Program-made: the position numbers and the translations under genes
Origin: Polynucleobacter necessarius
GTDB taxonomy: Bacteria > Pseudomonadota > Gammaproteobacteria > Burkholderiales > Burkholderiaceae
Direction: 5' to 3'
Length of the DNA stretch: 32,000 bases
Assembly: GCF_900095195.1 (NCBI RefSeq)
Contig: NZ_LT606950.1
Coordinates: 366,164-398,163 of the forward strand
The notes under the pieces: model-generated
The model's input: the letters and a program-made list of their open reading frames with translations, nothing else
What the model was told of the DNA's origin: nothing
The model's database searches: none
In this document: positions 1 through 10,507 of the stretch, in pieces
Layout: every line of letters starts with the position of its first letter
How positions within the stretch are numbered: the stretch's first letter is position 1

Positions 1-831
1 CCAATGGGATTGCAAATGGTTCTGTGGGTTCATGGCGATAAAGCCAGTGTGTTGCAAGAAACCAGGATAGACACGACGTCCAGCGCCAGGATAGGTTGGG
101 GGAACCTTATAAATCACGTGGCTCTCAAACCAATCATGTGACTTTTGTTCCGCTAAGTTATTCACAGCGGTTGGGGGCTTGCGTGCATCGATTGGACCAC
201 CCATCATGATCATGGAAGCAGGGGTTGCTTCGCCTGCGGAGGCTATGAGAGAAATGGCGCCCAAGGTTGGAACTGTCGGCTGATATACTGAGATCACATG
301 TAAGTTTTCTGCGCCGATAAAGCGGATGAATTCTTGAACATAATGAACATAGTCGTCTAGACCAAACTCACCTTCGCTCACGGGAACGTTGCGTGCATCA
401 ATCCAGTCGGTGATGTAGACCTTGTGATCTTGCAAAAGGGTGCGTACGGTATCGCGCAAGAGAGTTGCGCGGTGGCCAGATAACGGTGCCACGATCAATA
501 CAGATGGATCCTCTTTGAGTTTCTTGATGGTTTCTGCATCATCTGAGAAACGCTTAAAGCGAATTAATTTACAGAATGGTTTAGTGACCTTCGTAATTTC
601 ATGAATCGCAACTTCATGGCCATGAGCCATTACCGAACGAATGCCAAACTCGGGTTTTTTATAGTTCTTGCCTAAGCGATACAGAAGTTCATAGCTGGCA
701 GCTAAACGCTCCGATCCAGGTACCTTAGAAGCTGGGTTTGAGGCATTAACGAAAGCCTCAGAGGCAGCGCGCGCCCAAGAGCTGATGGGCTGAAGTAAGG
801 CTTTTTGGAATTCGTGTAACTGATAAAGCAT
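1..831 (-). CDS. phaZ: intracellular poly(3-hydroxybutyrate) depolymerase PhaZ, first 277 codons (3' end outside window)
   Basis: Absent from the ORF track because it runs off the window. Own reverse-strand translation from ATG (complement of 829-831) gives MLYQLHEFQKALLQPISSWARAASEAFVNASNP...LIVAPLSGHRATLLRDTVRTLLQDHK, open in frame to base 1. AGGAGG (complement of 836-841) lies 4 nt upstream. The N-terminus matches the MLYQLHEFQ start I remember for Cupriavidus PhaZ1-type depolymerases. Confidence 0.75.
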   Translation of the reverse strand, partial: MLYQLHEFQKALLQPISSWARAASEAFVNASNPASKVPGSERLAASYELLYRLGKNYKKPEFGIRSVMAHGHEVAIHEITKVTKPFCKLIRFKRFSDDAETIKKLKEDPSVLIVAPLSGHRATLLRDTVRTLLQDHKVYITDWIDARNVPVSEGEFGLDDYVHYVQEFIRFIGAENLHVISVYQPTVPTLGAISLIASAGEATPASMIMMGGPIDARKPPTAVNNLAEQKSHDWFESHVIYKVPPTYPGAGRRVYPGFLQHTGFIAMNPQNHLQSHW

Positions 832-869
832 GATACCTCCTGTAAATCGATATAACCGCTAACTAGCCT

Positions 870-2069
870 TTAGGCAAGTACGCGGGCGATTGCTTTGGCT
901 ACTTTATCAATATTTTTGGTATTGAGCGCAGCCACACAAATGCGTCCAGTGAAGAGGGCATAAATGCCATCTTCTTTCTGTAAGCGATCCACTTGCTCGG
1001 CAGTTAAGCCTGAGTAAGAAAACATACCGTGCTGCTTTTCAATAAAAGCAAAATCTTGCTGAACCCCAGCAGCGGCTAATTTTTCCACTAAGCCATGACG
1101 CATTGCTTTAATACGGTCACGCATCTGTGCTAATTCATCTTTCCAAAGCTGACGAAGTTCAGGTGAATTTAAAACAGCGGCAGCAATAGCAGCGCCATGA
1201 GTTGGTGGGTTGGAATAGTTTGTACGAATAACACGCTTCAATTGAGAAAGTACGCGCGTGGATTCGTCTTTGCTTTGAGTCACGATTGATAGTGCGCCAA
1301 CACGCTCACCATAGAGTGAGAATGATTTGGAAAAGGAGCTGGATACAAAGAATGACATGCCAGATTCCGCGAAGAGGCGAACAGCAATGCCATCTTGCTT
1401 AATCCCGGCTGCAAAGCCTTGATAGGCCATATCTAAGAAAGGAATTAAGCCTTTGTTCTTGCAGATATCGATCACTTGGCGCCACTGTGCTTCCGTGATA
1501 TCTGCGCCAGTCGGGTTGTGACAGCAAGCATGCAATAACACCGTTGTGTTTTTAGGGAAAGACTCTAAAGACTTCACCATGCCATCGAAATCGACACCGC
1601 GTGTTTTGCCGTCAAAGTAGGTGTACTCAACGACGTCAAACCCCGCAGATTCAAAAATGCCGCGATGGTTTTCCCAGGTAGGGTTGCTAATAGCGCAAGG
1701 TGCACCCAAGTTCAGACGCTTAATAAAGTCTGCGCCAACACGCAATGCGCCAGTGCCGCCTAAGCATTCAGCAGTGACTACGCGACCATCTTTGATCAGC
1801 GCAGAATCGGCACCGAACAATAAATTTTGTACTGCGCTGTTGTAAGGGTTTGGGCCTTCAATCGGAATATAGCTACGTGGAGAGTGTTTCGCCACAATCG
1901 CTTCTTCAGCTTTGATAACGGCTTGCAAGAGGGGCACTTTGCCTTCGTCTGTGTAGTAGACGCCAACACCTAAATTCACTTTGTCAGGACGCTGATCAGC
2001 AACGTATGTTTCGGTGAGGCCAAAAATGGGATCTTTAGGGGCGAGCTGGACGGATGCAAACAGGGTCAT
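870..2069 (-). CDS. aspartate/aromatic-amino-acid aminotransferase (class I, AspC/TyrB family)
   Basis: 399-aa ORF. It has family hallmarks NLGVGVY, HACCHNPTG and SFSKSFSLYGERVG (PLP-lysine motif). Confidence 0.85.
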   Translation of the reverse strand: MTLFASVQLAPKDPIFGLTETYVADQRPDKVNLGVGVYYTDEGKVPLLQAVIKAEEAIVAKHSPRSYIPIEGPNPYNSAVQNLLFGADSALIKDGRVVTAECLGGTGALRVGADFIKRLNLGAPCAISNPTWENHRGIFESAGFDVVEYTYFDGKTRGVDFDGMVKSLESFPKNTTVLLHACCHNPTGADITEAQWRQVIDICKNKGLIPFLDMAYQGFAAGIKQDGIAVRLFAESGMSFFVSSSFSKSFSLYGERVGALSIVTQSKDESTRVLSQLKRVIRTNYSNPPTHGAAIAAAVLNSPELRQLWKDELAQMRDRIKAMRHGLVEKLAAAGVQQDFAFIEKQHGMFSYSGLTAEQVDRLQKEDGIYALFTGRICVAALNTKNIDKVAKAIARVLA

Positions 2070-2238
2070 GTGATCTAAACGTAGTGGTTAAATGGTGAAT
2101 TAAAGTCGGTTTTTCGGGTAATTGACGTTAAATTGGGCTTAATTGTCTGTTTTTGAAGTCAGAATCAACTATTTCTAAATAAAAACGGCAAAATCAATGT
2201 TTGTACTAAATTCGCTGTGAATAAATCTCATAGATGAA

Positions 2239-4395
2239 ATGATAGCCGAGATGCCCCCTAAGTCACCCAAAAATAGCCCCAAAATGGAAGTCCAGGAAGC
2301 GCAGAAAAACCCTGCTGCAGACCCGTTGGGCGAGGTAGGGCATGATCTGGATCCAACCAAGTTTGTTAGCTTTCCTGGGTCACCTTATCAGCTCTATCAA
2401 CCTTTCCCTCCAGCCGGAGACCAGCCAGCGGCGATCGGGGGTCTGGTAGAGGGGGTTGAGGATGGGTTGACCTTTCAGACTCTCCTCGGGGTAACTGGCT
2501 CAGGTAAGACCTTCACAATGGCCAACGTCATCGCTAGAACAGGGCGTCCAGCCATCGTTTTTGCCCCGAACAAGACCTTGGCGGCTCAGCTCTATAGCGA
2601 ATTTCGGGAATTTTTCCCTAAAAACGCGGTGGAATACTTCGTAAGCTACTACGACTATTACCAACCGGAGGCCTATGTTCCTCAGCGCGACCTGTTTATC
2701 GAAAAAGACTCTTCGATCAACGAGCATATTGAGCAAATGCGTTTGTCTGCCACGAAGAGTTTGTTAGAGCGTCGCGACGTCATCATTGTTGCTACGGTAT
2801 CTGCAATTTACGGTATTGGAAATCCCGGTGACTATCACAGCATGGTGATGACATTGCGACCTGGCGACAAGATGAGTCAGCGTGAAATTTTGGCAAGACT
2901 CGTCGCGATGCAATATGAACGCAATGAAATGGATTTCAAGCGTGGCGTGTTTCGAGTGCGTGGTGACACGATTGATATTTTCCCAGCAAAACATAATGAA
3001 CTGGCTGTGCGGGTTGAATTATTTGATGACGAAGTAGAAAGTTTGCAGTTCTTTGATCCGCTAACGGGAAAAATTCGGCAAAAGATTCCTCACTTTACGG
3101 TCTATCCAAGTTCGCACTATGTGACCCCTCGCGAGACAGTGCTCAAAGCCATTGAAACGATTAAAGAAGAGTTGCGCATTCGGTTAGATGAGTTTGTTAA
3201 AGATGGCAAGCTGGTAGAGGCGCAACGGCTGGAACAGCGCACCCGATTTGATTTGGAAATGCTTAATGAGCTCGGCTTCTGTAAGGGCATTGAGAACTAC
3301 TCACGCCATCTCTCTGGTGCCGCACCGGGTGAAGCTCCCCCGACCTTGGTGGATTATTTGCCGAATGATGCGCTGATGTTTTTGGATGAGAGCCACGTCT
3401 TGATTGGCCAGTTGAACGCGATGTACAACGGCGATAAATCGCGCAAACATACCCTGGTGGAGTTTGGTTTTCGCTTGCCTTCAGCAATGGACAATCGACC
3501 TCTCAAGTTTGTCGAGTTTGAAACCAAAATGCGCCAAACTATTTTTGTGTCTGCAACACCAGCGGAATATGAGAATGCACATCAAGGACAAGTTGTTGAG
3601 CAAGTAGCAAGACCAACTGGATTGGTTGATCCGGAAATTGAAGTTTTGCCAGCAAGCACCCAAGTGGATGATCTGCTTAGTCAAATTCATGAACGCGTAA
3701 AGGTTGGTGAGCGCGTATTAGTGACTGTACTTACCAAGTGGATGGCAGAGCAGTTAACCGATTTTTTATCGGACAATGGTGTCAAAGTACGTTACGTGCA
3801 CTCTGATATTGATACGGTCGAGCGCGTCGAAATTTTGCGCGATTTGCGGCTCGGTGTATTTGATGTGTTGGTGGGCATCAATCTGTTGCGCGAGGGATTG
3901 GATATTCCTGAAGTATCCCTAGTGGCGATTTTGGATGCCGATAAAGAAGGCTTTTTGCGTTCTGAACGATCCTTAATTCAGACCATCGGGCGAGCGGCCC
4001 GAAATGTCCGTGGCAAAGCTATTCTGTATGCCGACAAAATAACGGATTCCATGCGCCGCGCGATGGGGGAGACTGAGCGTCGTCGTGCCAAGCAGATAGC
4101 CTTCAATACGCTGCACGGGATAAAGCCTAAGGGCGTGCAGAAACGCATTAAAGACATTATTGATGGCGTTTATGACGTCAAAGAGAAACATCAAGAGATG
4201 CAGGTAGAGCAGGAGCGTGCTCGCTATGAGGATATGAGCGAGAAAGATTTATCTAATGAAATCAAGCGCTTAGAAAAACAAATGAACGCTGAAACCAAAA
4301 ATTTGGAATTTGAAAAGGCTGCTAATACGCGAGATAGGCTCACCAAGATCAAAGAAATGGCGTTTGGGGCTCGCTCTCGGGACCCGATGCTTTAA
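2239..4395 (+). CDS. uvrB: excinuclease ABC subunit B (UvrB)
   Basis: 718-aa ORF with Walker [51 protein letters not shown], and a C-terminal UVR motif ([12 protein letters not shown]). The start is uncertain; in-frame ATGs occur at 2239, 2251 and 2284. Confidence 0.9.
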   Translation: MIAEMPPKSPKNSPKMEVQEAQKNPAADPLGEVGHDLDPTKFVSFPGSPYQLYQPFPPAGDQPAAIGGLVEGVEDGLTFQTLLGVTGSGKTFTMANVIARTGRPAIVFAPNKTLAAQLYSEFREFFPKNAVEYFVSYYDYYQPEAYVPQRDLFIEKDSSINEHIEQMRLSATKSLLERRDVIIVATVSAIYGIGNPGDYHSMVMTLRPGDKMSQREILARLVAMQYERNEMDFKRGVFRVRGDTIDIFPAKHNELAVRVELFDDEVESLQFFDPLTGKIRQKIPHFTVYPSSHYVTPRETVLKAIETIKEELRIRLDEFVKDGKLVEAQRLEQRTRFDLEMLNELGFCKGIENYSRHLSGAAPGEAPPTLVDYLPNDALMFLDESHVLIGQLNAMYNGDKSRKHTLVEFGFRLPSAMDNRPLKFVEFETKMRQTIFVSATPAEYENAHQGQVVEQVARPTGLVDPEIEVLPASTQVDDLLSQIHERVKVGERVLVTVLTKWMAEQLTDFLSDNGVKVRYVHSDIDTVERVEILRDLRLGVFDVLVGINLLREGLDIPEVSLVAILDADKEGFLRSERSLIQTIGRAARNVRGKAILYADKITDSMRRAMGETERRRAKQIAFNTLHGIKPKGVQKRIKDIIDGVYDVKEKHQEMQVEQERARYEDMSEKDLSNEIKRLEKQMNAETKNLEFEKAANTRDRLTKIKEMAFGARSRDPML

Positions 4396-4423
4396 TTCCT
4401 CGCTTTCAAGGGGGATTTTTGGG

Positions 4424-4453
4424 ATAATTCCCGAGCAGTTTGCTGGGTCTTAT
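4424..4453. promoter_or_regulatory. imperfect palindrome upstream of iscR; candidate IscR autoregulatory operator
   Basis: ATAATTCCCGAGCA-GT-TTGCTGGGTCTTAT. The right arm is the reverse complement of the left arm except for one missing C and two mismatches. It lies about 80 nt upstream of the iscR ATG, where Rrf2-type autoregulation is expected. No binding data. Confidence 0.3.
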
Positions 4454-4531
4454 GGTAAAGTTGAGCGTAATGGTTGGGTATTACCGACCCGTCCATTGGC
4501 TGTCCATAACAATCCATTGTCAAGGTGACAT

Positions 4532-5050
4532 ATGAGACTTACTACTAAAGGTCGTTTTGCAGTAACCGCGATGATTGATTTGGCTCTGCGCGAGGCGCAC
4601 GGGCCTGTAACGCTTGTCGGAATTAGTCAGCGACAAAAAATTTCACTCTCTTACCTCGAACAGTTATTCGGCAAATTACGTCGATTCAACATCGTGGACA
4701 GTACGCGTGGCCCTGGTGGCGGGTATACGCTCGCTCGCCCATCCAATGAGGTAAGTGTTGCCGACATTGTTGTGGCTGTCGATGAGCCATTGGATGCCAC
4801 TCAGTGTGGCGGAAAAGGAAACTGTCAATCAGAGGAAGATAGTCATGGCTGTTGTATGACACACGATCTGTGGAGCAATCTCAATTTAAAAATGGTTGAG
4901 TATCTCAGCTCGGTGACTCTGAAAGATTTGGTTCAGCAGCAAGAGGGGCGTGGCGTAGTGATTCAGGATATGCGCCAGAAAAAAGTCAAAGTAGAAAGCG
5001 CAAAAGCGGAAAAACTTACTCCAGCTGTTGCTGCGAAAAGGGGCCTGTAA
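4532..5050 (+). CDS. iscR: Fe-S cluster assembly transcriptional regulator IscR (Rrf2 family)
   Basis: MRLTTKGRFAVTAMIDLAL N-terminus. The Cys/His cluster-ligand region is DATQCGGKGNCQSEEDSHGCCMTHDLW. It is the first gene of an isc operon. Confidence 0.9.
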   Translation: MRLTTKGRFAVTAMIDLALREAHGPVTLVGISQRQKISLSYLEQLFGKLRRFNIVDSTRGPGGGYTLARPSNEVSVADIVVAVDEPLDATQCGGKGNCQSEEDSHGCCMTHDLWSNLNLKMVEYLSSVTLKDLVQQQEGRGVVIQDMRQKKVKVESAKAEKLTPAVAAKRGL

Positions 5051-5124
5051 CCAAAGTGCCGCTGGTGAACTCCGTATTTAATTTGGCGCGACAAAGCTAA
5101 CTCTTACATTATTTGAAACACAAT

Positions 5125-6384
5125 ATGAACGCACCAAGAATACTGCCTCAACAACCGGTTCCAATGTTTAGTCCAAAACACTTTCCAGTGTACATGGATT
5201 ATTCAGCAACTACACCGATTGATCCGCGTGTGGTTGACAAGATGTTGCCGTATTTGCGTGAGCAATTTGGCAATGCGGCATCCCGTAGCCATGCCTATGG
5301 TTGGGCTGCAGAAGAGGCTGTTGAGTGGGCGCGTTCAGAAGTGGCTCTACTAGTTCATGCTGATCCAAGAGAAATTATATTTACGAGCGGAGCGACTGAG
5401 AGCATCAACTTAGCTCTAAAGGGTGCAGCCCATTTCTATAAGGATCGTGGCAATCACATTATTACGGTGAAGACTGAGCACAAGGCGACCTTGGATACTT
5501 GTCGCGAACTTGAGCGAGAAGGTTTTGAGGTGACGTATTTAGATGTGTTGCCCAATGGCTTGATTGACTTCGTGCAATTGGAAACCGCAATGAAGCCTGG
5601 CACCATTTTGGCTTCGGTAATGTATGTCAACAACGAAATCGGCGTTGTGCAAGACATTCCACGTATCGGTAAACTCTGCCGCTCACGTGGCGTTATCTTT
5701 CATGTTGACGCAGCGCAAGCTACTGGCAAAGTAGAAATCGATTTAGAAAAAATTAAAGTGGACTTGATGAGCTTTTCAGCGCACAAGACCTATGGTCCTA
5801 AAGGCATTGGCGCCTTATTTGTGCGCCGTAAGCCCCGTATTCGTATTGAGGCCCAGATCCATGGTGGCGGCCATGAGCGCGGTATGCGTTCTGGCACCTT
5901 GGCGGTTCACCAAATTGTGGGTATGGGTGAAGCATTCCGCATTGCGCGTCTCGAGATGGCCGAAGAGAGTAAGCGTATTCGTGCGTTGCGCGACCGCTTG
6001 CTTGATGGTTTAAAAGATATTGAAGAGGTGTATGTGAACGGTGACATGGATAGTCGTGTGCCGCACAACCTCAATATCAGTTTTAACTATGTTGAAGGCG
6101 AATCCATGATGATGGCGCTCAAAGATTTAGCGATCTCATCCGGTTCTGCTTGCACCTCTGCCTCCCTAGAGCCTTCGTACGTTTTGCGCGTGCTCGGTCG
6201 TAACGATGAATTGGCACACAGCTCCATTCGCTTTACCTTGGGTCGCTTTACAACTCAAGAAGAGGTGGACTTCACCATTCAGTTAGTTAAAGACAAGATT
6301 GCGAAATTACGCGAACTTTCTCCACTGTGGGAAATGTACAAAGATGGAATCGACTTAAGCACGATTCAATGGGCTGCACACTAA
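5125..6384 (+). CDS. iscS: cysteine desulfurase IscS
   Basis: [23 protein letters not shown] (PLP Lys) and [17 protein letters not shown] (catalytic Cys). The track starts at TTG 5113; the in-frame ATG at 5125 is preferred. Confidence 0.9.
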   Translation: MNAPRILPQQPVPMFSPKHFPVYMDYSATTPIDPRVVDKMLPYLREQFGNAASRSHAYGWAAEEAVEWARSEVALLVHADPREIIFTSGATESINLALKGAAHFYKDRGNHIITVKTEHKATLDTCRELEREGFEVTYLDVLPNGLIDFVQLETAMKPGTILASVMYVNNEIGVVQDIPRIGKLCRSRGVIFHVDAAQATGKVEIDLEKIKVDLMSFSAHKTYGPKGIGALFVRRKPRIRIEAQIHGGGHERGMRSGTLAVHQIVGMGEAFRIARLEMAEESKRIRALRDRLLDGLKDIEEVYVNGDMDSRVPHNLNISFNYVEGESMMMALKDLAISSGSACTSASLEPSYVLRVLGRNDELAHSSIRFTLGRFTTQEEVDFTIQLVKDKIAKLRELSPLWEMYKDGIDLSTIQWAAH

Positions 6385-6416
6385 AAGATATATTGAAAAG
6401 TTAACGAGGAAATACC

Positions 6417-6803
6417 ATGGCATACAGCGAAAAAGTCATTGACCATTATGAAAATCCCCGCAACGTTGGCTCTTTTGAAAAGAGTGACACCAGCGTTGGT
6501 ACCGGCATGGTTGGGGCGCCGGCATGTGGTGACGTGATGAAGCTACAGATTCGTGTGAACGATCAAGGCGTGATTGAGGATGCCAAGTTCAAAACGTATG
6601 GTTGTGGCTCTGCAATTGCCTCATCTTCATTGGTTACTGAATGGGTCAAGGGTAAGACCTTGGATCAAGCATTAGAAATTAAGAACTCTTTAATTGCTGA
6701 AGAGTTAGCATTGCCACCTGTGAAAATTCACTGCTCGATTTTGGCGGAAGATGCAATCAAGGCTGCGGTTGCTGACTATAAAGAAAAATATCCAACCAAA
6801 TAA
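6417..6803 (+). CDS. iscU: Fe-S cluster scaffold IscU
   Basis: 128 aa with GAPACGDVMKLQI, YGCGSAIASSS and IHCSILAEDA. Confidence 0.95.
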   Translation: MAYSEKVIDHYENPRNVGSFEKSDTSVGTGMVGAPACGDVMKLQIRVNDQGVIEDAKFKTYGCGSAIASSSLVTEWVKGKTLDQALEIKNSLIAEELALPPVKIHCSILAEDAIKAAVADYKEKYPTK

Positions 6804-6820
6804 GCAATAACTGAATCATC

Positions 6821-7144
6821 ATGGCAATTACCTTAACTGAAAAAGCAGCAAAACACGTTACTCGCAATCTTGAGAAGCGCGGTAAAGGTTGCGGCCTACG
6901 TTTAGGCGTGCGCACTACGGGTTGTTCAGGCTTAGCGTATCAGCTCGAGTATGTGGATGAACCTGCTGTTGAAGACCAGGTATTTGAGTCAAATGGCGTA
7001 AAAGTATTTGTTGATCCAAAGAGCTTGGCTTACTTAGATGGAACAGAATTGGATTTCGTGCGTGAGGGTTTGAACGAAGGATTTAAGTTTCAAAATCCCA
7101 ACGTAAAAGACGAGTGTGGTTGTGGCGAATCCTTCCGCGTCTGA
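6821..7144 (+). CDS. iscA: Fe-S cluster insertion protein IscA
   Basis: 107 aa with C-terminal ECGCGESF and an internal GCSG motif. Confidence 0.9.
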   Translation: MAITLTEKAAKHVTRNLEKRGKGCGLRLGVRTTGCSGLAYQLEYVDEPAVEDQVFESNGVKVFVDPKSLAYLDGTELDFVREGLNEGFKFQNPNVKDECGCGESFRV

Positions 7145-7649
7145 CGATTACTTTCGCTTCTTTGGCCTAAACCAGCAATTCAAAATCGATTTGCCTGCGC
7201 TTGATCAGGCATACCTAACCATCCAAAAAGAAGTGCATCCTGATCGCCATGCACGCGGCAGCAAGTCGGAGCAACGGATAGCAATGCAAATGGCTACATT
7301 AGCCAATACCGCGCACCAAACACTGAAGAATCCTATTCAACGAGGTTTATATCTCTGCCAATTGCATGGTGTAGATGCCACCCTGGAAACCAATACTGCC
7401 ATGCCGGCCGTCTTTCTCATGAAGCAGATGGAATGGCGCGAAAGCCTGGATGAGCAAGCAGAAGATTTGCCGGCCTTAGAAGAATTGATGTCTGAAGTAG
7501 AGCAATCCAAAGAAGATACATTGATGGAAATTGTCCAGGCTATAGACGGCGCTAAAAACTATCAGCGTGCCGCTGAGCTTTTGCGTGGCCTCTTATTTAT
7601 TGATAAGTTTGCTGCTGAGCTTGATGATGCTATTGCAGCCTTAATCTAG
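7116..7649 (+). CDS. hscB: co-chaperone HscB (J-domain)
   Basis: DYFRFFGL plus the HPD motif ([10 protein letters not shown]). There is no in-frame ATG near the 5' end. Candidate GTG starts at 7116 and 7122 overlap the end of iscA, so the start is uncertain. Confidence 0.8.
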   Translation: MVVANPSASDDYFRFFGLNQQFKIDLPALDQAYLTIQKEVHPDRHARGSKSEQRIAMQMATLANTAHQTLKNPIQRGLYLCQLHGVDATLETNTAMPAVFLMKQMEWRESLDEQAEDLPALEELMSEVEQSKEDTLMEIVQAIDGAKNYQRAAELLRGLLFIDKFAAELDDAIAALI

Positions 7650-7671
7650 TCTACCCGTACACTATCGTTCC

Positions 7672-9537
7672 ATGGCACTCCTACAAATTTCTGAACCCGG
7701 TAAGTCGCTTGCGCCCCATCAGCGTCGCATTGCGGTGGGAATCGATTTGGGAACAACGAATTCTTTAGTAGCGATTATTCAAGATGCATTACCAAAAGTG
7801 CTTGCAGACGAGCAAGGACGCGAATTGCTGCCATCAGTGGTGCGGTATTTGCCAAATGGCCACACTCAAGCAGGGTTTGAGGCGCTAGAACATGTGGTGA
7901 GTGATCCTAAGAATACGATTGTTTCCGTAAAGCGCTTTATGGGTCGCGGGCTTACAGATGTGGAGCACATTGAGAACGCACCATACGATTTCGTTGATCA
8001 ACCTGGCATGCTCAAACTACGAACCGTTGTAGGCGATAAAAGTCCAGTCGAAGTGTCGGCCGAAATTTTGGCGCGCTTGCGTCAACTGGCTGAAGATTCG
8101 GTGAATGATGAGATTGTGGGCGCTGTGATTACGGTACCAGCGTATTTTGATGATGCACAACGTCAAGCAACCAAAGATGCAGCAAAGCTGGCTGGAATTG
8201 AAGTATTACGCCTGCTAAATGAGCCAACCGCTGCAGCAATTGCTTACGGTTTAGATAATGCCTCCGAAGGAATCTATGCGGTATATGACTTAGGTGGTGG
8301 CACGTTTGATATCTCAATCCTGCGGATGAGTAGGGGGGTATTTGAAGTTTTTTCCACTGGCGGTGATTCTGCTTTAGGCGGCGATGACTTTGATCATCGT
8401 CTCTACTGTTGGGTAATTGAGCAGGCTAAATTACCACCGCTATCGATTCATGATCAGCGTACCTTGCTTCAAGCGTGTAAACATGCCAAAGAGTTGCTCA
8501 GTCACAACCCCTTAGCGCGTGTGCATGAGACCCTTTCGGATGGTACGGTCGTTAATGTTGGTATTAGTCAGGCCCAGTTTTTTGAGATTACTCAGAACTT
8601 GGTAAATAAAACCCTTATAGCCTGTAAAAAAGCATTGCGAGATGCTGGCCTTAAGGCTGAAGAGGTAAAAGGTGTAGTCATGGTTGGCGGATCGACACGG
8701 ATGCCAAACGTGCAACGTGCTGTTGGCGAATTGTTTGGAACCCAACCCTTAAATAATTTAAATCCAGATCAAGTGGTGGCTCTTGGTGCAGCAATGCAAG
8801 CGGATTTGTTGGCAGGTAATCAAGGTAAAGATGATGAGTGGTTATTACTCGATGTCATTCCACTCTCCCTCGGTATTGAAACCATGGGCGGATTGGTTGA
8901 AAAAATCATTCCACGTAATACGCCGATTCCAGTTGCTAGAGCGCAGGATTTCACAACCTTTAAGGATGGGCAAACTGCGCTAGCAATACAAGTTGTCCAG
9001 GGTGAGCGTGAGTTAGTGCAGAACTGCCGATCTCTTGGTCGTTTTGAGTTGCGCGGTATTCCACCGATGGTGGCAGGTGCCGCTCGCATTCGAGTGACTT
9101 TTCAGGTTGACACTGATGGGGTGCTATCGGTCAGCGCTACTGAGCAAGGTTCTGGAGTCCAAGCTTTCATCGATATCAAGCCTTCGTATGGTTTAACGGA
9201 TGCTGAAATCACGCGCATGCTACAAGATGGATTTGCCTCCGCTAAAGAAGATCTGTTGGCGCGGTCATTGCGTGAGGAGCAAGTAAGCGCCCAACGTTTA
9301 TTGGATGCTGTGCAAACAGCTTTAGACAGTGATCGCCATTTGCTGACTCTAGAGGAGCAGGCGGCTATTGATCAAGAGATGGCGAAGCTGCAAAAGATTT
9401 TGTTGGAAGAGACCGATAGTTCTGTGGTCCGGAAAGCGGTTGATCATGCTGCAAAAGCAACCGATGCGTTTGCGCAAAAACGCATGAACTCCAGTATTCA
9501 AAAGGCACTATCAGGCAAGAATGTTGCTGAGATATAG
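7672..9537 (+). CDS. hscA: Fe-S protein assembly chaperone HscA (Hsp70 family)
   Basis: 621 aa with [17 protein letters not shown] and the [16 protein letters not shown] Hsp70 signatures, in isc operon context. Confidence 0.9.
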   Translation: MALLQISEPGKSLAPHQRRIAVGIDLGTTNSLVAIIQDALPKVLADEQGRELLPSVVRYLPNGHTQAGFEALEHVVSDPKNTIVSVKRFMGRGLTDVEHIENAPYDFVDQPGMLKLRTVVGDKSPVEVSAEILARLRQLAEDSVNDEIVGAVITVPAYFDDAQRQATKDAAKLAGIEVLRLLNEPTAAAIAYGLDNASEGIYAVYDLGGGTFDISILRMSRGVFEVFSTGGDSALGGDDFDHRLYCWVIEQAKLPPLSIHDQRTLLQACKHAKELLSHNPLARVHETLSDGTVVNVGISQAQFFEITQNLVNKTLIACKKALRDAGLKAEEVKGVVMVGGSTRMPNVQRAVGELFGTQPLNNLNPDQVVALGAAMQADLLAGNQGKDDEWLLLDVIPLSLGIETMGGLVEKIIPRNTPIPVARAQDFTTFKDGQTALAIQVVQGERELVQNCRSLGRFELRGIPPMVAGAARIRVTFQVDTDGVLSVSATEQGSGVQAFIDIKPSYGLTDAEITRMLQDGFASAKEDLLARSLREEQVSAQRLLDAVQTALDSDRHLLTLEEQAAIDQEMAKLQKILLEETDSSVVRKAVDHAAKATDAFAQKRMNSSIQKALSGKNVAEI

Positions 9538-9563
9538 AGTATTTCATAAAAATAGATAACACC

Positions 9564-9902
9564 ATGACGCAAATTGTTGTTGTTCCCCACAGTGAATATT
9601 GCCCAGAAGGCGCAGTCGTTGAAGCATCACCAGGCACTTCAATTTGCGAGGCATTGCTCGAGAACGATATTCCGATTGAGCATGCTTGCGATATGGTTTG
9701 TGCCTGCACTACCTGTCACGTGATCGTCAAAGAGGGTTACCAAAGCCTGAATCCCCCCGATGAAAATGAGGAAGACATGCTGGATCGGGCTTGGGGTTTA
9801 AATCCCCAATCCCGTCTTTCTTGCCAAGCCATTGTGGCCAAAGAGGACCTCGTGATTGAAATTCCCAAGTACTCGATTAATCACGCCAAGGAAAATCACT
9901 AA
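9564..9902 (+). CDS. fdx: ISC-type [2Fe-2S] ferredoxin
   Basis: 112 aa with the cysteine pattern CDMVCACTTCHV...LSCQ typical of adrenodoxin-like Fdx. It is the last gene of the isc operon. Confidence 0.9.
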   Translation: MTQIVVVPHSEYCPEGAVVEASPGTSICEALLENDIPIEHACDMVCACTTCHVIVKEGYQSLNPPDENEEDMLDRAWGLNPQSRLSCQAIVAKEDLVIEIPKYSINHAKENH

Positions 9903-10040
9903 AACAGATCAATCCAGGCACTAATTTAGCGCATTGCGTTCAAATGAATGCATTGATGGTCAGCGCCATGGATGGTAACCACTAATATGAAGTTGTTCAT
10001 TCTGTAGTGTGTTTTCCGTAGTACCTCCATAAATCTTTTT

Positions 10041-10070
10041 AAGCCATCCTTCGGGGTGGCTTTTCTTTTT
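10041..10070 (+). terminator. rho-independent terminator closing the isc operon
   Basis: AAGCCATCC-TTCG-GGGTGGCTT (9-bp stem with one G.T pair) followed by TTCTTTTT. Confidence 0.7.
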
Positions 10071-10193
10071 GGTGGTGATTAACAATCCACAGATTGATCT
10101 AATGAACTAATCATCTTTCGAATTCTGAATTTCTTAGTTCACTTACAAGACTGCAATTCCTACACTGAATGCAACAGAACTTCAGGAATCAAC

Positions 10194-10484
10194 ATGACGG
10201 TATTGATAGTGGGTGGTGATCGTATTTCGAGTATCATGAAATATTTAGCCCAGAACGGCTTTAATGACATTTTGCATTGGGATGCAAGACGAAATGGTAA
10301 TACCCATCGGTTTATGCCACAGAGTGCGCGTTTAGTTGTGATTTTGATTAATTATCTTAATCACGGCATGGCTAAAAAGATTAAGCGTGATGCGGAAGAG
10401 TTGGGCGTGCCTGTACTTTTTAGTAAAAATTCTGCCTCTGAGCTAAGTCAGATATTTCGGGCAGATAAGCACCTCATTCATTAG
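10194..10484 (+). CDS. small conserved protein, DUF2325-like
   Basis: 96-aa ORF. The pattern LIVGGD...H(x)...RLVVILINYLNHGMAKKIK...GVPVLF fits my memory of the DUF2325 family (Rossmann-like beta-alpha unit with conserved His). The family assignment is from memory only. Confidence 0.5.
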   Translation: MTVLIVGGDRISSIMKYLAQNGFNDILHWDARRNGNTHRFMPQSARLVVILINYLNHGMAKKIKRDAEELGVPVLFSKNSASELSQIFRADKHLIH

Positions 10485-10507
10485 GTTTTCATCCGCCCGG
10501 CAAACTT

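Noticed and set aside
2147-2162. LexA-like SOS box CTGT-N8-TCAG upstream of uvrB
   Set aside because: The right half-site is TCAG rather than ACAG and the flanks do not match TACTGT/ACAGTA. This is too weak to call without comparative data.
3739-3741. UvrB Trp in [11 protein letters not shown] where I remember Arg or Lys (TKRMAEDLT); possible early functional decay of uvrB
   Set aside because: It is a single substitution at a position I cannot prove invariant from memory. The rest of UvrB is full-length with all motifs. It is worth a look in an alignment but is not a supportable claim.
9903-10040. Possible iscX remnant after fdx
   Set aside because: The best frame (KQINPGTNLAHCVQMNALMVSAMDGNH) shows only scattered similarity to IscX. 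This cannot be distinguished from chance by eye, so it is reported only as absence of iscX.
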